From NCBI RefSeq assembly GCF_001194135.2, contig NC_068982.1:51746378-51810069 (forward strand): a stretch of 63,692 nt of DNA, given 5' to 3'. This stretch comes from Octopus bimaculoides (taxonomy: Eukaryota). A program made the translations under genes and the position numbers. Below the pieces are notes generated by a model. That model made no database searches, was not told the origin of the DNA, and saw only the letters and a list, made by a program, of their open reading frames with translations. Positions 27,001 through 40,900 of the stretch are shown one piece after another; position 1 is the stretch's first letter, and the number at the start of each line of letters is the position of its first letter.

Positions 27001-30000
27001 ATTTTTATGTTCTGAATTCAAATTCCAATGAGGTTTGTTTTGCTTTTCATTCCTTTGGAGTCAATAAAACAAATACTTGTTGAGCACTGAGGTCAATATA
27101 ATCAATTGCACCCCTGCCTGAAATTTCAGCCCTTCTGCCTGAGTAGAAAGAATTATAGATCAGTTGTTGTTATAATGAGCATTTAGCTGTAAATTTTCTA
27201 TTTTAAAACCTTGAATTTTTGTTAAATTAAGATATTCATTATTTATATAACTTCAAAGGGGGAAAAAAAAAAAAAAGCTTCACAGAGTGGTTACAAAATT
27301 AGCATATGAGGTCCAGATTTATTGTGTTTGTGATGTAACGAAAATAAAATTTGAATTAAATTAAGTTTAAGTAAATACAAATTGTAGAAAAAAATTAATA
27401 TCTAAATATTTTCCAAAAATTGTGTTTACTTATGTATTTATTTAAGTTCAGACAAAACATTCTTTCCCAGATGTAGCTTATTATAACTATCATATGGTTT
27501 TAGGGTATATTGAAAAAGATTTCATATTGTTGTTTTTTTTAATGTAGTAAGCACAATGTCTTTAGTCCTTCAATCTTACTTCTGTTTGAAGACAATCTTT
27601 TAATTCCTTTTTTATTCTTAAACTAAAAACTTTGTGTTTTTGTTTGCTTTCCATAGATATTTTTAGAATCATTTTATACACCTGTGACAGCTTTCACAGT
27701 GGGACTGAACCTGGAACGATGTGGTTGGGAAGCAAGCTTCGTACCACGCAGCCATGCCTGCACCTATATACTGGATTAAAGTTTTCATAAAACTCTGCTT
27801 GTGAAGACCTGTTGAGGCAAGTGAAATCGAAATCGATGACTGGCATCCGTGCTAGTGGAGCGCTAAGAGCACCATCCGAGCGTTGACTGGCCTCCATGCC
27901 GGTGGCACATAAAAAGCACTATTCAAGTGTGATCGTTACCAGCATTGCCTTACTGGCACATGAAAAAATATTTGAGCGGGGTTGTTGCCAGTGCCGTTGG
28001 ACTGGCTCCTGTGCAGGTGGCACGTAAAAAACACCATTTGAGTGTGGCCGTTGCCAGTACAGCCTGACTGGCCCTTGTGCCAGTGGCACGTAAAAGCACC
28101 TACTACACTCTCGGAATGGTTGACATTAGGAAGGGCATTGAGCTGTAGAAACTCTGCCAGATCAGATTGGATCCTGGTGCAGCCGCCAGTCCTCAGCCAA
28201 ATCGTCCAACCCATGCTAGCATGGAAAGCAGATGTTAAACGTCGATATGATGATGGTTTGTATTAAAAACAATAAGAAAGGGCCCTAGACTACCTTTGAA
28301 TTAACAGACTCTAAGTATTAATAGCTACACCTATTAGTCCATTAAAACATAAATTTATGCTTATGAATATTATCAGGTAGTAGGGCGGTGAGCAGAGAGA
28401 ATCGTTAGCATTTAGTCTGTCTTTACATTCTAAGTTTTACCAGTTGAGCACTGGAATCGATGTAATTAATTTACCCCCCNNNNNNNNNNCCCCCCCTACA
28501 AAAAAAAAACAAAAAAAAATTGCTGGCCATGTACCAAAATTTGAAACCAATATTAGTAGTAGGTAGTCAAAAGACCCATTTTCCAAAGTGATATTGCATC
28601 AATATTCAGTATCATTACAGTTCATTGAATTGCTTCTTGGATCGACTCTAATATCTGTTTATCTTAGATAACTGGAAGATATGTGGTAGACCTGCTGAAA
28701 AGAGTAACTCAGAAATGTGTCTCCACTGTAGAATTTGAGATAAAAAATACTTGTTCCACGATCAAAGTGTTAAATTTATATTTTTGTTCTTTAATAATAT
28801 ATAACGAATATATTTCTTATCACTAACTCAAGTAACTCATTCGTTTAATTTGTTCTTGTTGATTCTGTGAAATCTGTCTGTAAAGCAACATTCATTTATC
28901 ATGAAAACTTATTCAAATAAATTGTAAGTGTTGGCTAATTATCTCCCTTTACTAAGCTATCTCAATAAATTTTAATTGTTATCTCCCTTCAAAAATACAC
29001 CAGACGTAATTCTGTGACGAACAGGTCGTTGAGTGTGGAAGTTCTGAGAACTAGCTCCAAAGGTGTGTGAAAATTAGACAGCTACATTCTGACAACTAAA
29101 TGCTATCTCTGCAGCAGAAACAGAGAAAAATGAACGGTAATATTCTATGCAACAATATCATAAATTGCCAACAGATTTAAAGTTGAAGTGTCTGAGATAC
29201 TTCAAATTTACATCCTAATAACTGCACATTTACTAAATGTGACAATTTATTCATTGTTCTTTAATTATTAAACAGTTCACATGAATGTTAGTTCTTGTTC
29301 AATTGTTCATAATACAATTTCATTTTATGTATTGGCAATTTTGTACAGGAGAGAGAAAAGATACCCCATACTTTTTCCGTCTTACAAAGTAAAGTAATCT
29401 CAGTTAATTTGTTGTTCAATTTTTGTGGCGGAAGGTAAAGAATACGCACACCACCCGTTTTCGGCGTAACAAAAATCCTAACCCTAAACACTAGGTGTGC
29501 ATATTCTGTACTTTCGCCCAATTTAGTTGTTTCTGGGAGGTGGATGCAGTACTTCTGTACTTATTTATCGTTAGTAGAGTGCATTCCAGCAGAGTTTAGT
29601 GGGCTTTAAAAAGGTTAGTAATGCTGCTAATAGTTAAATCTATATGCAAATTTTCTTAAAACTTGTTTTGTCCTTCTCAAAACTAAGACATAGGCACACT
29701 AAACACACACACCCAGGGTCCAACTCTATGTAAGATGATGCTTGTTGTCAAGAAATAAATGTAGAGGCTCCAGTGCAATGCTTTGCTAAGGAGTCTATTA
29801 TGCTGCTAAAACAGTTCAGATGGCAAGCCTACCAAATAAAAAGGGAAATTGTTTGCCTCTCCATTTTTTATTAATAAGAAGTCAAATTAGAGTTTGCATC
29901 CACATAATTCTTTCTTATATCATGAACAATTTTAAAACCATTTTAAATTTTATTAAATGTGGCAATATATCCACCCACTTTTTAATTCTTTACTGGCCCC

Positions 30001-33000
30001 ATAAAATATTTCCCTCACACATCCATATCATCTTTCATTATTAGTATTTTGATTTCATTGTACTGTTGGGTTGTGCAACATGTGATGTATGTGATTTATA
30101 GTTTATTATGGAAGAGAAGTCTTTGAGATTGATAGCAAGACTGATATCCAGCATAGATCTTGTATATTATTTGTTTGCATCATTAACATTTAAAAATTCC
30201 AAGAGGTATGAAATAAATCATTTTTAACAGTAGAATAATTCAAAGTAGATAAAGCTATAGATAATAGCATGTTGTAAGAATATCAGGTTAAAAAACCCGT
30301 TCAATTAGAAAAAAGTCAATGGAAAGACTTCACCTGTTTTCTGTCCAAGGGTTTTTAAAACCTACATGATATTATTTATGGCTATATAAACGCTACAAGC
30401 TGGCAGAATTGTTAGCTTTGTGGCATTTCGTCCACCTTTACATTCTGAGTTCAAATTCTGCTTAGGTTAACTTTGCCTTTCATCTTTTCAGGTTTGATAA
30501 ATTAAGTATCAGTGAAACACTGGGGTCAATATAATCAACTAGCCCCCTCCACCCTCCAGATTTCAGGCCTTGTGCCTATAGCAGAAATGCTTTGTCTACT
30601 TTGAGTTCTATAGTTAAAAGACAATTTATTTGTTTAGTTTTGAACACTCAGACTAGTATTTAAAGAGTAGATATGGCAAAGGATGTTCTGTAGAGTAGTA
30701 GTTTCGTATTCATATGAAATAATATTTAGCACATTGATGGTAAAGGGGCCATTACTGTTTTCCTCACTAGTACAGCTTTATGAAATATATTTTTTACTTA
30801 ATAATTTATTATTGAACTACTGACTAATATGTTGTCTGCATAGTTGTCATGTTGTGTTCAAATTAATTTATATAGGTTAGAAAAGCTGTTGCAATGCCAT
30901 CTGTTTTACTTTGAATATGAATAATGACAAAATGTACTAAAAAAAGCATTTTGTTATTGTTGAGTACTCTTGGAAATTTTGTTCCTTGTTTCTTCTACTA
31001 ATTCTCCACAAAAATCATTTCCATTCCATTCACATTTTAATTCCTAAGTGTCCTTAGTGTCAATTCAGTTGACACAGCTAATATATCATTCTCTCATCTA
31101 TAACTGCTTACTGCATTTATTTCAGAGCCATTCAAGAGTTGATTAATAATGATAAGATACTCTCTTTGTCAAATCTTCAACAAAGTGGTCCAACAGCTTA
31201 TCTAGTCAGTCATCTATCATCTCTTTGGATTAATTGCCATTATTTAGTTAAGAGGAAATATGCTTAATTTAGGTTTTGAAACTTTTTTGATTTTCTTTTT
31301 TTTACTTTAAAAAGTTTGACTTAATCTTATCAAAACATTTCAGGTTTGAAATCTAGTACTTGTCAACTCCTTTTTACATAAATAATTAGAATTATTTATT
31401 TTCCAAACTATTGTAGGTCTAAATTATACAGATTTATATTGAACAAGTCCCCCACCCCCAGAAATTCTTATTAATTCTATAAATATTCTCTAACATTTTC
31501 AACAAAATTTCTTTTAGCAGTTCTCATGTAAGTTTTTAATAGATTTACAATCAGTTACCCCCAATTAATTTCCTGTTGACCTAATCATATATTAATGTAT
31601 CTGCAGGCTGTATTAAGAGTTNNNNNNNNNNNNNNNNNNNNNNNNNNNNNNNNNNNNNNNNNNNNNNNNNNNNNNNNNNNNNNNNNNNNNNNNNNNNNNN
31701 NNNNNNNNNNNNNNNNNNNNNNNNNNNNNNNNNNNNNNNNNNNNNNNNNNNNNNNNNNNNNNNNNNNNNNNNNNNNNNNAATCTTTTTTTTTTTAAATAT
31801 TATTTGTATTCCGTTTTCATTTTAACTGACATTTTCCCATATAATCTGAGTTACATAATTCCGTCCAGCTTGCACATGAAATGATACAATCTTATATATT
31901 TTGGCACCAATTCAGTCTGCAGTAAATGATTCAGTGTTTTTGTTTTTTTTTCCTTTCCTTCCTTTCCCCTGTCAACACAATGCCAAAGAACAACTGCCTG
32001 AAGGTATCCATTAAATAATAAGCTGGTTTGTTCATTCATTATCATTGTAATTTCTCTGTAAATGAAAAAAAAAAATATCATCCATGTAAAAAAACAAAAA
32101 AAAAGATTTTAAAAAAAAAGGATAGAATGTTGTATCCATCAGCCCAGAATTTTATGGAACCAGTTACATTTTCACTTATAAGAATTTCTTTTTTGTAAAA
32201 TAACTATGTAAACAAAATGAACAAAGATGTTTTTAAAAATTTATGAATGCAAACTGTAATTTTAAACATTTCATCAGTCATTTATATGTCCTTAAAATAG
32301 TTTAATGTTTCTAAAAAAAAACAAAAACAAAAAAAATGTTAAGATTTTAGTAATTCCCACCTCCCTACCATTGTCACTTTTTTTCTATTAGAGAAATGAA
32401 TTCTTGCAGGCAAAATTCCCAAAACAAAAACAATTATTCTCACTTTTCCATTATTCTCACTTTTGTTCATATTTTTGTAAAATGTTTTAAATGTCTATTT
32501 ACAATTTTTTAAGCCTAAATATTAAAAAAAATACTCTTTGTATCATACTTCCTCTATCGGTTTAAATATCCAATCTCTAAATTTTTCTCATTAAGAAATA
32601 TGGTTTCTAAGATACTAATTGTTTCTTTTCTGACAAATAGTTTTTCCCCCTCAAAATGAATAAATGTTGAACAAATTCTAACAGTAGTTCAAAAAGTTTT
32701 CCTTTCAACAATGTATAATTTATCTATATCTTAATGCTTTCATCTTTCACTGTCAAGTTATTAATGCAGATTGATTCCATTTTAAGACCCTTGTTCGTAT
32801 TAAACCAAAAATGAGTTTTTTCCTAATTGTCAGTAGCTCATGAACATTTTGCAACTAAAAGCATCAGAATCTTTATAATTACCAGACATTTTGTAAGTAC
32901 AGTAATCTCTTATCATATCATGGTTCATTATTTAAGCTTAATTCGATTCCTCTGTGGTGTTGTTTTGCATTTATAGATTAAATACACACAAATTATAAAA

Positions 33001-33439
33001 TAGCCAGTTTAAATGCTGAAGGGTTAAGTTTCTCTTTCTGCTAATGTTATTTTACTATCAAAATCATACAATTAATATTTATAAGAAAGAAATTACGTTA
33101 TGCTATATTCATGCATTCTTTCAGATATTAAAGTTTTGGTAAAGTAGCAATTAAGAATAAAAAATGAAATTACTAACTCAGCTCTGTGCATGCTTACTTT
33201 TCTCTACCTGACTTTAGTTGCTTCATACAAATTATAATGTAATAATTTTAACTATTTATAAATTGCTATACTCAAATGTTTTACTCTTTTTATGTAGAAC
33301 AGCAGGTCTTGAAACCTGTAGTATATTCATTTAGTAATTGAAATAATAAAAATAGCCTTGTAGTCAGAAGTCCTTTCCCTACCCACTGTCTTTGGTGCTT
33401 GACATTTTAATAGAGAACTCATTTCTCGTCACTATTTGA

Positions 33440-33662
33440 TCCAAAGCTTCTCTGCTAGTTACTATGGGATTTTGCTCCACAAGGGTTTGCAGGACATCCT
33501 CATCGAGCTCTACAGATCTTCTAGGCTGTAGTTTCGGGCTCAGACTTTCTGGAACCACTGTTCACACTGGCTTATACTTATTGTCTGATTCCCCGTACTT
33601 TCTGTTGCGTTGTTGCCTTTATTGAACTCATAAAGCAAAATATGCCCCTTTGTCACCTCCAT
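33440..33662 (-). mobile_element. Degenerate mariner transposase N-terminal (HTH) fragment
   Basis: Translates MEVTKGHILLYEFNKGNNATES...QCEQWFQKV*ARNYSLED, then after a frameshift VELDEDVLQTLVEQNPIVT. Confidence 0.8.
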
Positions 33663-33951
33663 TATAGCTTAATGCCTAATATCAATAAAAAATTATGCAT
33701 GCAATAAAATAAAAACATAACTTGGTTATTATTTTAACATGATCCTTAGCAAGCATGGTGACACTTCCAGACTCCCTTTGCAAGGCATTGCCAGACGTAT
33801 TGTTAGAGTACTACTAGTATAGATGTGACTGATGGAAATTACCCAAGGGCGTCAATCTGCATGAAAGTATAATTCAGGACTTGTATAATGTGCAGAAAAG
33901 AAAAAAATTAAATGATCATTACCGTTAAAAGTAAACACTAGTTGAATAAAT

Positions 33952-34290
33952 ACAGTAATACCTCACTTTACAAGACCCCAGGTTTACGAGTTATATTTTT
34001 CAAGCACAATATCCAAATTTTGACCGAAGTGCAAAAGTTTCTACTAACATAACAAATGCTTCAGCATATCACCGAGAAATTTATAAAGAGCNNNNNNNNN
34101 NNNNNNNNNNNNNNNNNNNNNNNNNNNNNNNNNNNNNNNNNNNNNGGAGAAGCTTCTAAGCTAACAACTATAAGTTTTATAGGCAAAATATTTTTCTGGG
34201 AACGACCATTGCTACTAGGGGAAATTGCTCTGCTTTACGACCAACCTCCGGGGAATGAATTAACTCGTATACCCGAGGCACAACTGTTAT
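33952..34290. mobile_element. Tigger/pogo-like MITE remnant
   Basis: TACAGTAATACCTCACTTTACAAG at the left and imperfect inverted CTCGTATACCCGAGGCACAACTGTTA at the right; contains an N gap. Confidence 0.4.
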
Positions 34291-34699
34291 TAAATCCGTC
34301 ACGGGAAAGGGGCGGTTACTCAAATCTTAAAGATTACACATGCAGTGAAGTGACGGTTACTTCCCTTGTAATTAGAACCTAAAAAGTCTAATATAAAGAC
34401 AAATTGTAATGTTTGGTGCCCAATGGAAGCCATTCATATTATGACAAAACTGTCAAAAAAAAAAAAAAAAATTGTTAGGACAAATTATTTGCTTCAATAT
34501 TAATTAGTTCACTGATCTATTGAAAACAAACTAACACACACGATATATTTTACTCTTTATGTAAACCCCATTAGGCTATCAAATCTGAGCAATACCAGTT
34601 TCAAATTCTAAGCTGTATCATTAATTACTCTAACAATGAATGTAAGAATTTTCTCAAAGACAGACAGCAAAATAAAAATCAAATAAATTATGAATACAT

Positions 34700-34705
34700 T
34701 TTATT
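34700..34705 (-). terminator. Candidate polyadenylation signal of EFL1
   Basis: AATAAA on the - strand about 84 nt after the stop codon. Confidence 0.45.
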
Positions 34706-34788
34706 TTCGGACAATATATCTTAGTTTGTAAAATTACATTCATTAGAATAATTGGTCTCCAACATAAATTTTAAAGAATTAGTAAGGT

Positions 34789-34977
34789 TTATTTATTTTT
34801 CTTTAACGTCCTTTGTTTTTCTGCATGTTCTACAATTTTTTCATTAACCTTTAAACCTTTTCGTTTACGCACTGCATTCATATATGACCGAGCCAAATTC
34901 TCTGAATCAGCCTTTTCTCCAAAATGTAGATATTCCTCCTCGGTTTGAGGTACCCAGAAGGGATCCATGTCAACAAC
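34789..34977 (-). CDS. EFL1: EFL1 coding exon 21, terminal ([62 protein letters not shown])
   Basis: 189 nt including TAA; TTTTTAG acceptor. Confidence 0.96.
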   Translation of the reverse strand, partial: VVDMDPFWVPQTEEEYLHFGEKADSENLARSYMNAVRKRKGLKVNEKIVEHAEKQRTLKKNK

Positions 34978-37900
34978 CTAAAAATACAAAAGAACATTAG
35001 CTATCATCAATTACTTTTACAAGACATTGTCTACAAGAAATGACTTGAATCCCACAGGCAGACTTCAATATTTTCTACCCAAAAGGGATTTTCCACCCAC
35101 TATTAACATTTATATACATAGGAGTGACTGTGTGGTAAGTAGCTTGCTTACCAATTACGTGGTCCGGGTTCAGTCCTACTGCGTGGCACCTTGGACAAGT
35201 GTCTTCCACTATAGCCTCGGGCCGACCCAAGCCTTGAGTGGATTTGGTAGACAAACTGGAAGAAGTCCATCGTGTATGTATGTTTGTTTGTTTGTTTGTT
35301 TGTCCCTCAGCATCGCTTGACAACCAATGCTGATGTGTTTGCGTCCCCGTAACTTAGCAGTTCAGCAAAAGAGACCAATAGAATAAGTACTAGGCTTACA
35401 AATGACAAACAAGAGAGTAAAAGTATATATATATATATTTAGATCCCCATATACTGCATTAATATTCCCCACACTTTCCNNNNNNNNNNCCACACTTTCC
35501 ATTGCATTGTTACCTTTATTGAACTTATAAAGTAAAATATGCCCCTTTCTCACATCCATTATAGCTTTGAAAACGTAAATGTTTAATTCATGCAATTGAA
35601 AAAAAAAAAAAAAAACACATTTATGGGATAACCCACTACACACACACACATGTATGTGTGTAACTTCATGTGCTTCAAGATCTACAGGTCCCAAAAGAAT
35701 TATTACAAAGTCATTTAAGAGTATTTGTCAGCTGGAGTTGACCTTCTATCAAGGCTGGGGCAAGTTTTATTTTTTTGAGTGTGGAAGACTGACAGTTGTC
35801 CATGCATGAAAGGCTCTTCTTCATGCCACAGATGTTGTCCAAGGCCATTGCTTTAGCACTAGTGTTGTTGCCATAAGAACACAAAGGGCCAATCTACCAT
35901 TTGGGGTGGTTTTATTTATCCAGAAAGGATCAACGACAAAGTTAATCTCAGTGAAATCTGAACTTAGAGCAGGTACCAATTAAGGCCCTCTATTGCATAT
36001 GATAGTTCTGCTGGCCATAAAAGAAGTTTAAGAGACTAACCACCCAAAAGGAACTTCTGTATGTTGATAATTATCAAAAAAAAAAGTCTTAGCATGAAAT
36101 TAAGTCCTTAAAGTAAACCTAGTAGAAAAAAAATAAATAAAACAGGACTTTGCTACCATTGGGAAGTTTCTCTGCTCAGTATGCAAAAAAAAAAAAGTGT
36201 ACAAGAGGGGTAATGGGTTCATAGGCAGGTTATCAGAAAAGGAATCCTTCATCTGTAATAGAAAGAGCATCCAGGAAATAAATATTTTCAACTGCAGAGA
36301 AGTTTCTCTAGAAATAGTTGATAGTTTCTGTTACGTATGTAATATAATTAACAGTGGTGATAGAGTTTTGAAAGTATAGTAGCTAGAGTAAGAACTGGAG
36401 CTATAAGAATGAAGGGCAGATTGCATGATATGTATGAAGTACAGTAACAAAACACTGGGCATTAAATGCAGAAGAATTGCAAAGGCTGAACATTAAAATG
36501 AGACAAATATGCTCTGCTGAGTATGCAATGTTAATGTGCACGAATTATGAAGCATGAATGATCTGGGTGAAATCAGATGTAAAGAGCAAAAGAGATGAAC
36601 TGCACAGGTATAATCATGTGACGCATATACAGGATTACAGTTGAGTAAAGACATACCAAGCAATTCAAGTTAAAACACCTTATAGAAGCTAAAGATCATG
36701 GAAGATATAGGAGAAATTATAAAAGCTGGTCTGTAAAGTGGTTGTCATTAGGAAGGACATCCTGCTGTAGAAACCAAGCCAAAACATCTGGCCTTACCAG
36801 TTCTTGTCAATCCACCCAACCCATGCCAGGATGGAAAATGTTGTTGATGATGATCAGAGAAGGTGGAACCTCACAAAAGAATTGACAAAGAAACACATCA
36901 AGTGGTGTGATGCCCATGCTGGAGATAACCTATTCAAGGCATGCGAGCAGGAATGAGTGGATATCATGATCATAATAAAGTAATGAAGTGACAGTACCAG
37001 CAGAGTACTAGACAAAATACCTTAGTGTTTAGTAACCAAATCCAAAACTCACTGGCTTTGATCAAAAAGGATTAAGTCAACATAGTTTGGCTATGTTAGA
37101 AATCACTACATATAATCAGTTCTTTTAATTTATCCTTAATTAATCAAAATTTTTCCTTACCTCCCAATGACTAAAACGGAGTTGTGGACTGGCCAAACCA
37201 CTTGTTTTTTTCCTGATATCTTCAGCAAAACCAAAGCTTTCAATAATTGGTAGAGCTGCTTCAATATTAAATACCCGAGTACCTTCTCTCATATCTTCAT
37301 GAAGTACCTTACCATTGCGCTTTCCAAGTACAGCATAGAGTTTACCTGAAATAAGTGAATATGAACAAGGATTAACAACTACAATCTTTTTCAAATTAGT
37401 GTAGGTAGGATAGCAGTTACAAGTAATCTGACATTTTAAAAAGTACATTCTAAGATTTGCAATTGTAAGTATTTTTTTTTATCTTTGTTTCTTTTTTCTT
37501 GTGTCAGAATGAAGAAGTGTTTGAAACTAATATTTTCTTACTGCCAGAGCCATTGTTTAGACAGCAAAGTATTCTAACTGTTTGGCCGGTTGAAAGTTAA
37601 ATGTGTTAATGAAACAAGCAAAATTATGTTTATCATGTACCTTTCGCATGAAGACAATACACTAGTTGTTGAAAATGCTGAATCAATGTGCAATCCAGTA
37701 ATTTTACTGTCAGCAAAGTGTATGAGATTGCATGAAACACTTTTCACTTAACATTAGTGAACCAATAATTGAAATTTATACATGGTTTAAAACTGAGTTA
37801 GCAAGAGCATATTTTCTGACTTAAAAATTCCCAACTAGGAAAAGCTCATATCTATATTACAGAGTAATATTTTTTTATAAATCTATCTTGAATTAAAGAG

Positions 37901-40900
37901 TAACTATTTCATAAACATATGAATGCAAAAATTTGGAGATTTACTTTCAAAAGAAATTCGACTTACCAAGTACATCAGCAGTAGCTTGAATATCACATTT
38001 GTACATAGCAACCATTAAACGCATTGACTGAGTTAAGAATACCTTTCTACAACCATCTTTTATAGTCGACATTAACTGCCCTGAAAATGGGCCATATGCA
38101 ACCTCATTAGTGTATGTTAGGTCTTGTTTTCTCTCCTCTGATGCACCATTTGTATCACCTATACAACATGATGATGTACCATTAAGACTGTCCAAGTAAT
38201 CCCACTGTTCAATAATAAAACAGACACCATGCATTGGTTCTTCACAAAGAGGGCCCGACAAAGTAGCCATTTGAAAACCACTGATAATGCTATCATCATA
38301 ACTACGCAGAATGCCAGTGGTATCATCTGTAATGTTCCATAACGAAGGTCTTTGGTAATTAGGGATTTTATTCACGAGTACATTTGGTCCAACATGCCGA
38401 GGCCCAAAGGACCATATATGATCAGTGAACCCCTGCCATTCTTTACCTGCTTGTGAAAAAGCATCATTTAACTGTTTCTTTAGATTTCGGACACCTTCAT
38501 CCATAACATGATTTATTTCAGTACAATTTAATTGGCCTCCTTTAGAAGTTCGGATTTTTATTTGAACCTGGAAATATTTTAAGACCTCTGTACTTTTTTC
38601 CAAAATGTTTGTGACTTCTTCTGGGAGAGGTTTTGCACTGAGGTGAATTGTGCATTTTCGATTTGGTGTTTGTATTTCAATAAGACCGGGTCTAATCTCC
38701 TCTATATCATTCTCTATATTCTTCATACGTAAACATTTTGTATCAGTCATTTGAACAATAGCTTCATTGACCATATCAGTTTTTGGAGGAGTAATTATTG
38801 TTTCACGGAATGGCACAATCGGTGAGGAAGCAATGATCTGTACGTTAGCATACCTGCAATGAAAAAAAAAAAAAAAAAAAAAAGTTTGAAACTGTTTTTG
38901 ATCAATTTTCCATAATTTCTGTAATAAAGGCAAGAAGCCATATATACAAAGTCTAGTAATTACCTATCTGTTAAATCTTCAAGGCAACGCTGTAAATGAA
39001 CTTCTCCTGCTGCAACAATAACATGCTCACCAGTTTCTTGGACAAGGACTTCTACACAGGGATCAGCTTGATTTAACAAACGAAGTCCTTTCACCAAATT
39101 AGGCATATCACCTAACAACAAAAAAGTTACATTTCATATAAAGATTTTTGTAACATAAGACTCAAGCACATTCAAAACAATACTGATTTCAAATTTTGGC
39201 ACAAGTCCTGCAATACCAAGGGAAGGAGTAAGTTGATCACATTGATCCCAGTACTCAACTGGTACTTAATTTATCGTTCCTGAAAGGATGAAAGACAAAG
39301 TAGACCATGACAGAATTTGAACTCAGAGCGTAAAAATGCTAAGCATTTTGCCTGGCATGCTAATGATTCAGCAAGCTCACTGCCTTTAACTTTAAAATAA
39401 TACTGAAAAAAAATAAAATAGACTTACAGATATTTTGTGGCTCAATAGCAACACGTACAATGGGAGCAGCCTCGAAGTGCATGTCAGTGAAAGCAGGACA
39501 TGCTATGGTTTCACATAACGTTGCTGTCTTCAGAACATATTCTTCTAAACTTCCAATTCCTGCAAATTTAACCAATACCACAAAAGTAAAAAAACATGTT
39601 GTTTAATAACCTTACATATTAAATCTCAGATTGAGGAAATTAAGTAACAACATAGGAGAAATTCCTTAGATAACTCTTATTCATACAGTAACTTCAACTA
39701 CATACCTAACTTGAAAATAATACATCACTACCACCGAAATAAATTCATTATCGTAGTATTTATTCTATTGGTCTCTTTTGCTGAACCAGTAGATTATGGT
39801 AAACTATCTAAACTCACCAAGAACATTTCCTGCAGGTACTTCATCCATAATTTCCAGCTCTCTTCCCATGAATAAATATAAATCTTGTACTGTGAATGAC
39901 ATGATGTGTTGACTACTTGAAAGTTCATTAACAGTAAGGTCAGAATTTTCAAGTAAAGTTGATTGTTCATTCTGTATGGAAATAGAAAATTCATAATGAA
40001 AATGAGGAGAAAGCAAAAGCAATAAACTACAATAACAAATTAAACAAACAATTCAGATAACAGTATTATAAATTATTTACTTTAAACAAAAGAACAGCAA
40101 TTCTACATGGTAGTGACACATGGGCCCTGAATGCAGAGGACATGCAAGGCTAGTATGTTCCCCTGGATTTGCAATATAAGCGTGCATGTATGACAGAGCA
40201 CTGATGTGCTGAGAGAAAAGTTAGGCATGAGAGGAATTAGATGCAGTGTGCAAGAGAAAAGACTGCAGTGGTTTGGTCAAGTGATGCACCATAAAGAAGT
40301 GCCGATTATTCAAAATGGAAGAGGGAGTCTCAAGAAGGCCTGGGACAAAGTACGACCTCAGGACACAAACATATGAAGGACCAAGATATCTGGCACCTTA
40401 TTGTACTCAAGAAGACCCATCCTCCACAGCAGAAGTGTTAGGGCTGCTCCCACTGCTGAAGAGGATTGGCCTGCAAGAGCTCTGTGCCAGAGCCATGTTA
40501 AATGCATCCAGTACACTCTGTAAAGTGGTTGGCATTAGGAAAGACAACTAGCCACAGAAACCAAGCCAAATCACGCTGGAACCTGGTGCAGCTTACCTGC
40601 TTGCCAGCTCTGGTCAAACCATCCAATCCATGCCAGCACAGAAAATGAACGTTAAAGGATGATGATGATGGTGAATAATTTTAACATCCACTTTTCAATG
40701 CTTGCATGGGTCAGATGGAACTGATGCTGGAAGAAAAGGCTTAATAGATTACACTGACCCTATCACTTGACTGGTACTTAATTGAACTTGGTGGGATTTC
40801 AGTTCAGAATGTAAAACACTAGAACATATACTGAAAGGCATTTTCTCAGACAAACAAATGATTCTGCCAACCCAACACCTTTGTTCACTGTATTTATAAC

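Noticed and set aside
8100-34700. A third protein-coding gene in the CHSY1-EFL1 interval
   Set aside because: No ORF or exon chain with recognisable protein similarity; identifiable coding fragments are transposon-derived. Small exons or exons in gaps cannot be excluded.
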